From Obrimoposthia wandeli (Eukaryota), in NCBI GenBank assembly GCA_977020255.1, contig CDROCS010000321.1, forward strand, positions 124,001 through 188,000: DNA of 64,000 nt, written 5' to 3'. A program made the translations under genes and the position numbers. Below the pieces are notes generated by a model. The model saw nothing but the letters and a program-made list of their open reading frames with translations, was not told the origin of the DNA and searched no databases. Positions 58,464 through 64,000 of this stretch are shown here, piece by piece. Every line of letters begins with the position of its first letter. Position 1 is the first letter of the stretch.

Positions 58464-58546
58464 TTAATTGAATGTTTCTATACGCTTGTATTTTTTATAA
58501 TTAGTGTTACTTTGTAACTATGCTTGACTTAAAAAGGGAATGCAAT

Positions 58547-58912
58547 ATGGATATTTCCGCATTAACTAGAGTCGAAATTAGTATCCCTGATGGGATTAGT
58601 TTTGATTCATTAGGACTTGAACTTGATGATGACGGTAGTATTTCCTTTGACATCGAAACATTGGAAGCTGTGGCATTTGAAAGTGGTATTGACGTAGCGT
58701 TATTAGATGAAGACTATGTATTACAAGTATTACTGATTAGTTTTTATCAATGGCACCGTGTACATGACGGCGAATTAAATCGGGTTATGGAAGATATTAT
58801 CGAACAAGCTAACGACTTGTCTGCTTACTCTGATGATGAATTGATCATGATTCTGGGTTCTGCAGAGATGGATAAGCAAGCTAATGTTGCTATCTCGCAA
58901 ATTGTTCATTAA
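58547..58912 (+). CDS. Highly acidic hypothetical protein (121 aa)
   Basis: RBS AAGGGAA before ATG 58547; followed by a strong terminator. Confidence 0.75.
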   Translation: MDISALTRVEISIPDGISFDSLGLELDDDGSISFDIETLEAVAFESGIDVALLDEDYVLQVLLISFYQWHRVHDGELNRVMEDIIEQANDLSAYSDDELIMILGSAEMDKQANVAISQIVH

Positions 58913-58950
58913 TCCATTATTAAGCATTAAAATTACAGTGACGTAGAACG

Positions 58951-58980
58951 AAAAATGGAAGCCAATTGGCTTCCATTTTT
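58951..58980. terminator. Bidirectional terminator, a perfect 30-bp palindrome
   Basis: AAAAATGGAAGCCAATTGGCTTCCATTTTT. Confidence 0.9.
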
Positions 58981-59049
58981 ATTACTATTAACTTTAATTT
59001 CAGAACGCTCTACTTTTTATAGCTTGTCCCTTAACTAGGCTAACGTATA

Positions 59050-59898
59050 TTATTCGCTGTCTTTAACTTGTAAACCGACGTTACCAGTCTTAACGATATC
59101 AATGATACCTTTCTTGAATAATTGACCTACAGCGCTTTTAAAGGTTTTCTTACTTACGCCAAATAAACGAGAGATTGTTTCAGGGTCAGTTTTATCTGTC
59201 ACTGGCATGAAACCACCGTGTTTATTTAGTTCTGACAATAATACTTGGCTGAAGTCAGACACTTTACCGTGACCAGGTTCGTTAAGCAGGATATCAATTT
59301 TGCCATCTTCACGCACTTTTTGAATATATGCTTTTTGCTTTTCGCCACGGTTTAATTTCTTAAACATTTCGTTCTTATAAACAACGCCCCAATGAGTATT
59401 GTTTACAATCACTTTGTAACCAAGTTCAGTTGGATCAACTGGCGTGATTTCAACTTCTTCGTGTATTTTGTAACGAGCCGGCACATTATCTACGTGACGG
59501 TCTAGTTTAGTTGTTGCAGTGATTCGACCGTGGATACGATCTAAATAAATAGCAACAAGGTATTCACGCCCTACTTGTAATGGAGTGCGTTGTTCACTGT
59601 AAGGAACTAACAAATCTTTGTCTAAACCCCAATCAAGGAATGCACCAACATTGTTTACTTGTTTTACTTTCAGCATGACGAATTCGCCAACAGCACCCAG
59701 TGTTTTTTGTGTTGTTGCAATGATACGGTCTTCTGAATCAAGGTAGATAAATACCTCAAGATCATCACCGATATCAATATCCATTGGTGAGTTTGTAAAA
59801 GGTAATAGTATTTCACCTAATACACCGCCGTCCAGGTAGAAGCCCGATCCAGTTTCTTTGATAATTTCTAAGGTATTTAACTTACCTAATTCTGCCAT
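59050..59898 (-). CDS. cvfB: CvfB/YitL-family S1 RNA-binding protein (start moved to ATG 59898)
   Basis: GAFLDWGLDKDLLVP, DGKIDI and SKKTFKSAVGQLFK motifs. Confidence 0.9.
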   Translation of the reverse strand: MAELGKLNTLEIIKETGSGFYLDGGVLGEILLPFTNSPMDIDIGDDLEVFIYLDSEDRIIATTQKTLGAVGEFVMLKVKQVNNVGAFLDWGLDKDLLVPYSEQRTPLQVGREYLVAIYLDRIHGRITATTKLDRHVDNVPARYKIHEEVEITPVDPTELGYKVIVNNTHWGVVYKNEMFKKLNRGEKQKAYIQKVREDGKIDILLNEPGHGKVSDFSQVLLSELNKHGGFMPVTDKTDPETISRLFGVSKKTFKSAVGQLFKKGIIDIVKTGNVGLQVKDSE

Positions 59899-60159
59899 AG
59901 TTCTTTGCTCTGTCTTGAAATAATGAGGGTTATTATAGATCACCCAATAATGTGGGCAATGTACCACGAAGCGCGAAAAAAACCCAATATTTGCGGATGA
60001 ATTAATATTAATTACTAGAAAGGTTAAATATATGCACTAATATTGCTTGATAATAATGCCTTCTGTTATACTTCGCGCACTTAATTGCGTTTTTCTGAAG
60101 TATAAATTCTCAAAACCTTTGCGCAATTCCCAATTCCCTTAATATTAGTATAAATTATC

Positions 60160-61371
60160 ATGACACAACAAGACATTAAACTAACACGACTTAATAAATA
60201 TATCAGTGACACAGGTTACTGCTCTCGCCGCGAGGCGGACCGCTTAATTGAGCAAGGTCGCGTAACTATCAATGGTGTTATTCCTGAAATGGGAACGAAA
60301 GTGTCAGATGATGATGTGGTCTCTGTAAATGGTAAGCCAGTAAAAGAAAAACAAAAGCGTATCTACATTGCCTTAAACAAGCCAGAAGGTATTACCTGTA
60401 CAACTGAGCGTCACATTCAAGGTAACGTGATCGACTTTATTGATTACAGTACCCGTATTTTTCCAATTGGTCGTCTTGATAAACCATCTGAAGGTCTTAT
60501 CTTCCTGACCAATGACGGTGATATAGTTAACAAAATTTTGCGTGCCGGTAATGCGCACGAAAAAGAATACACAGTGAAAGTTGATAGTACCGTGACAGAT
60601 AAATTCTTAACGGATATGGCGCGCGGTGTACCCATCTTAGATACGATCACTAAACCGTGTAAAGTGACGCGTGAAAGTCGCTTTGAATTTAAAATAATTT
60701 TAACGCAAGGTCTGAATCAACAGATCCGTCGTATGTGTGAACACTTTGGTTTTCAAGTTAAAGCACTTACACGTACACGTATTATGAACATCGATATGAA
60801 AGGGTTAAGTACAGGTCAGTGGCGTCTGCTTACTGACAAAGAAATGGCTGAGATAAACAGCATGGTTGAAAGCTCAAGTAGTACTGAAGAAGCTTCTGAC
60901 TACGGCCAGGAAAAGCCTAAAACAAAAGGTCTGCATTCTAAACGTGGTGTGAATAGTGCCGCACGTCAAAAACGATTTGGTTATGGCGACTATGCACCGA
61001 CAGCGGGTCAAGTTTTGAATGAAGAATCTACGTCTGACTTTTGGAATCAAGGTGAAGCAAACGCTGATGTCGATGAGCAAGATGAACCGATTGGCGATTT
61101 CTGGGCTCAAAATGCAGTAAAGACTGCTGTTGATAGTCACCAAGATGAATCGACAGATGAGTCTACTGATGACGTTTGGAAACAAGCTAAAGCGACGACT
61201 TACTCTGATGAGCAGATTGCATCAAGAGCGCGTTTTAACAAGAAAGAAAAAGAAAAAACAAAAACTCGTTTTGCTGATATCGCAGAAAATGAAAAAGCAA
61301 AACAGGATTCGAGTAATACAAAGCCTGCTGCGCCGCGTGTGAAAGGCACTCTCTCGTTGAAAAAGAAGTAG
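60160..61371 (+). CDS. rluF: 23S rRNA pseudouridine(2604) synthase with a long acidic C-terminal extension
   Basis: S4 domain RLNKYIS...CSRREAD, catalytic GRLDKPSEGL and ILRAGNAHEKEY. Confidence 0.93.
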   Translation: MTQQDIKLTRLNKYISDTGYCSRREADRLIEQGRVTINGVIPEMGTKVSDDDVVSVNGKPVKEKQKRIYIALNKPEGITCTTERHIQGNVIDFIDYSTRIFPIGRLDKPSEGLIFLTNDGDIVNKILRAGNAHEKEYTVKVDSTVTDKFLTDMARGVPILDTITKPCKVTRESRFEFKIILTQGLNQQIRRMCEHFGFQVKALTRTRIMNIDMKGLSTGQWRLLTDKEMAEINSMVESSSSTEEASDYGQEKPKTKGLHSKRGVNSAARQKRFGYGDYAPTAGQVLNEESTSDFWNQGEANADVDEQDEPIGDFWAQNAVKTAVDSHQDESTDESTDDVWKQAKATTYSDEQIASRARFNKKEKEKTKTRFADIAENEKAKQDSSNTKPAAPRVKGTLSLKKK

Positions 61372-61380
61372 TCAGATATA

Positions 61381-62037
61381 ATGTCAGTTGATAATTACGC
61401 TCAGATAGACATTCCGTTTAATGCTCGCTACACCTGTTTATTTTGTGGTGAACCATCTAACGATGCTGTTAATATTCCATATTCTGTCGATGATATACCC
61501 TACGCGCCGCATGAGCCTTTATCTGTGCCTGCATGTAGCGAGTGTCTGGTAGTGGTTAAAAAAGCCCGTTGTCAGTCTATTTATCAATATCGTAATGCTG
61601 TTAAAGCCGCGTTAACACGTAAATATCAAAAAGCGTTAAGCATAGGTTCAAATTGGACTGAGCAAGAGCTTAAAGACTCTGAATTTGAAGGTGCTGCATT
61701 TGAAGGTTTCAAACGCAGTGCATGGATGATGTATACAATGGCAAAGGAAAGGGTTAACTACTCGGGCTGGGCGCTGTGTCTTGATGGTATCCCGCTTGAA
61801 GCGGATGATGACGCTGGTGGATTTGCCTTTGATGGTACCGAGTTTGTCAGTATTGAACATGCTATTGAACATTACATCAAAACATTTCATCTCGACGCGG
61901 TATTATTACCAGAACTTGTTAAGTTATTAGGTAAAGATAAGTTTGGTTATTCGGTACGTATCAGCCGTCTATACTTGAATATCACGGCAGCTGAACGTAC
62001 TCAAATTATCGCTGATCTTGTCGAAAATCAGTCCTAA
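61381..62037 (+). CDS. Conserved hypothetical protein with two CxxC pairs (HNH-like zinc-binding N-terminus)
   Basis: CLFCGEP and VPACSEC; starts 9 nt after the rluF stop. Confidence 0.75.
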   Translation: MSVDNYAQIDIPFNARYTCLFCGEPSNDAVNIPYSVDDIPYAPHEPLSVPACSECLVVVKKARCQSIYQYRNAVKAALTRKYQKALSIGSNWTEQELKDSEFEGAAFEGFKRSAWMMYTMAKERVNYSGWALCLDGIPLEADDDAGGFAFDGTEFVSIEHAIEHYIKTFHLDAVLLPELVKLLGKDKFGYSVRISRLYLNITAAERTQIIADLVENQS

Positions 62038-62055
62038 ATTTATTATATGAACTAT

Positions 62056-62121
62056 AGCTGATTTGAATAGCGCCACGTGGGGATGTTAAATTATCATCAC
62101 GTGGGTTATTCAGTTTTAGCT
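62056..62121. other. Long imperfect hairpin between convergent genes
   Basis: Nested arms TGAATAGC/GTTATTCA, CCACGT/ACGTGG and GATG/CATC. Confidence 0.45.
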
Positions 62122-62173
62122 TCAATCAGGCAATTAACCAGTAAATTAATGAAATAGGGGTGTAATCAAACAA

Positions 62174-63226
62174 TTAGAAGATAAAATTAACCATCAATGT
62201 ATACAGTTGCGCATCAAAATCGCCATCGACTGGATCTGTAATTAATTCACCGTTATCACCACCATTTGCATCCGTATATTTCCATTCTGTATTTAACGAC
62301 ACTGTTGTTGTCAAATCATAGCGAACCCCGAGTAACAGCGAATTGTTTTTTTGATAATGATGTGATTCAGCATAAGTAATATAGGGTGTGAATTGGTCCA
62401 TATTATACGCTAAGCTTGAATACCAATTGAAATGCATCGTATCGATGAGCATTTCGGTTGTTAACATCAATTGGTCCCATGATTTCTCAATACCTAAGGT
62501 ATAAATATTAATACTATCCGCAGCATATGGTTGTGAAAATCCTTGATAATTTAACTCAACCGCATATTTGAAATGTGAATAATTAAACATAATACGGTAA
62601 TCAAAACCACTTAGCTCAGTGTATACACCCGCCGTTTTATCGATGGTAAAATGGTAACGTGTCGAACCAAGATTAACGTCACTTTCACTTTCTAAACCGA
62701 CATACGGTGTGATAGATAAATAATGCTTATCATTTATTTCTATATCCCACGTGCCAGAAATACCATCATAAGAAGTAATGCCGAGTATCGAGTTGTATAC
62801 TTCTTGGGGAGGCCGTGCGGATGTATAAGCTTGCCCGACATAGTAATACTCTGAGCTGAGGAATAATGGCAGGCGCAATCGACCAATTTTAAAATTAAAA
62901 TCAGAGACACTATAACCTATATAAGCCCATTCAAGCTCGGGTGACGACCAATCATCTTGAGGGCGTTTAACAACCTGAACTGACGCATTGAAGCTGTCGT
63001 TAAAACGGATATCACCTTGTAAACCAAATGTCGTATCACAATCGTAACAAGTGTCGTCGGTGATTTCATGATTTACATATAAGGGGGTCTCATTATCAGA
63101 TTGGGTGATTGATGTAGAGCCAAATCCACTGATGGAAATATCATCGGTCAGATTGAATTTCGCATTTACGCCGAACGTACTGATTGATAGTGTTATTGCT
63201 ATAAAGCAAATTTTGGACATGTCCAT
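62174..63226 (-). CDS. Outer-membrane porin-like beta-barrel protein
   Basis: Signal peptide, WAYIGY...FKIGRLRLPLF...YYYVGQAY and a C-terminal aromatic beta-signal NFIF. Confidence 0.82.
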   Translation of the reverse strand: MDMSKICFIAITLSISTFGVNAKFNLTDDISISGFGSTSITQSDNETPLYVNHEITDDTCYDCDTTFGLQGDIRFNDSFNASVQVVKRPQDDWSSPELEWAYIGYSVSDFNFKIGRLRLPLFLSSEYYYVGQAYTSARPPQEVYNSILGITSYDGISGTWDIEINDKHYLSITPYVGLESESDVNLGSTRYHFTIDKTAGVYTELSGFDYRIMFNYSHFKYAVELNYQGFSQPYAADSINIYTLGIEKSWDQLMLTTEMLIDTMHFNWYSSLAYNMDQFTPYITYAESHHYQKNNSLLLGVRYDLTTTVSLNTEWKYTDANGGDNGELITDPVDGDFDAQLYTLMVNFIF

Positions 63227-63229
63227 GCT

Positions 63230-63709
63230 TTATTCCTCCGGATCTAAAACGAATAAAACATTAACATTTTCTGGTAATGACTTGATGGTGGCGTAAGCAA
63301 TACCATTAGGATTATCTTCTAACCAATCAATAATGGATGCAATGTCGTTATTTGATATTGTTACGGGTAAGTTACCTTTGCCTGAAAATGCTAAACTGGC
63401 TCTGTAGCCGTTCATCTGAGATAGCGACTTTCCCAGTAGGTTTTGGTAAAAATTGGCTTTGTCGTGGTTCTCTTCCGTCAAATCGACAAGATCAATATGT
63501 TCCTTGTTGATTCGTTTTACTTTTCCTTTATAAATCATCCTTACTTTGCTTTTACTAAGTTCTGGAAAAGAATCATTTAATGAAAATACGGCGAAATGCC
63601 GTCCCTCATCCTCACCAATGTTTTCTTTCACGGAGGCTGAAAGTGGTGGCGAGAGCGAAATAATGAGTAGTCCAACGCAAAAACTGTGTAAGTTTAATCC
63701 TTTAAACAT
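63230..63709 (-). CDS. Small periplasmic protein, phosphate-ABC substrate-binding-like fold
   Basis: Signal peptide, LSKSKVRMIYKG, FYQNLLGKS...FSGKG and DNPNGIAYA; co-oriented with the porin gene, 3 nt apart. Confidence 0.7.
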   Translation of the reverse strand: MFKGLNLHSFCVGLLIISLSPPLSASVKENIGEDEGRHFAVFSLNDSFPELSKSKVRMIYKGKVKRINKEHIDLVDLTEENHDKANFYQNLLGKSLSQMNGYRASLAFSGKGNLPVTISNNDIASIIDWLEDNPNGIAYATIKSLPENVNVLFVLDPEE

Positions 63710-63804
63710 GTTTACCTGCTAATTTCGATTCTATTATCTATCATTTAAGTTAGTAACAATAAGAGTAAATAACAAATTAAATTTAACATGGAAGTCAAAA
63801 ACTT

Positions 63805-64000
63805 ATGCTAAATACGCTATCGATCAAAAAACGGCTGATAATTTTATTACTATGCCCATTATTATTACTCACGTTGTTGATTGGCGGTCGAGTCAGTGAG
63901 TCTGTGTCTACATTAACAGTACTTAATAAGTTGCAGTCTAGAATAGAGTTATTAACTGAATCTTTAGCGTTGAACTCCTTACTGCATACGTTAAGAGTGG
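63805..64000 (+). CDS. N-terminus of a membrane sensor, probably a methyl-accepting chemotaxis protein (runs off the right edge; not in the ORF track)
   Basis: 65 open codons: MLNTLSIKKRLIILLLCPLLLLTLLIGGRVSESVSTLTVLNKLQSRIELL..., the classic MCP/sensor start followed by a TM helix. Confidence 0.6.
   Translation, partial: MLNTLSIKKRLIILLLCPLLLLTLLIGGRVSESVSTLTVLNKLQSRIELLTESLALNSLLHTLRV

Noticed and set aside
364-63296. Dozens of 60-160 aa ORFs overlapping known genes on the opposite strand or in another frame (e.g. 2938-3255, 22597-23007, 34776-35222, 48204-48680)
   Set aside because: They are explained by codon bias of the real genes; none has an RBS, a domain motif or independent support.
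1-64000. CRISPR arrays, tRNA/rRNA genes, integrase or prophage genes, toxin-antitoxin or defence systems
   Set aside because: No regularly spaced repeats, cloverleaf/T-loop signatures or relevant protein motifs were seen; the only mobile DNA is the two IS3 relics.

Overview
About 64 kb of chromosome from an AT-rich marine gammaproteobacterium. The gene content and protein sequences look Moritella/Vibrionales-Alteromonadales-like; this is an inference and the taxon cannot be proven from the window. In order: (1) one end of an exopolysaccharide cluster (GT4 glycosyltransferase, polysaccharide deacetylase) bordered by two decayed IS3-family elements; (2) an acetate uptake/sensing module (ActP-like SSS symporter plus small subunit, DUF294 nucleotidyltransferase, DEDDh exonuclease, CrbR/CrbS-like two-component system); (3) the TCA block gltA, sdhCDAB, sucABCD; (4) a six-gene accessory operon matching the front of the Aliivibrio fischeri syp biofilm locus (sypA-E-like: STAS, degenerate OmpA lipoprotein, SLBB export protein, Wzc-like ATPase, kinase-REC-PP2C partner-switch enzyme) that ends in a stand-alone LuxU-like Hpt lying convergent to yvcK, where Vibrio luxU lies, but with no luxO; (5) a nitrate respiration and molybdenum cofactor block (narQP, Moco riboswitch-moaA, napFDABC, a small TIGR02808-type protein, moaBCDE); (6) a GshB-like ATP-grasp ligase coupled to an N-formylglutamate amidohydrolase/DUF1704 (QEGLA) peptidase fusion, divergent from an HdfR-like LysR regulator; (7) housekeeping genes (DEAD-box helicase, deoxynucleoside kinase, tamAB, cspD, clpSA, cvfB, rluF) and a porin/periplasmic protein pair facing a truncated chemoreceptor-like ORF. 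No rRNA, tRNA, CRISPR array or prophage was found. The best candidate for a new system is the sypA-E plus LuxU-like Hpt module. The ATP-grasp/peptidase pair is second.
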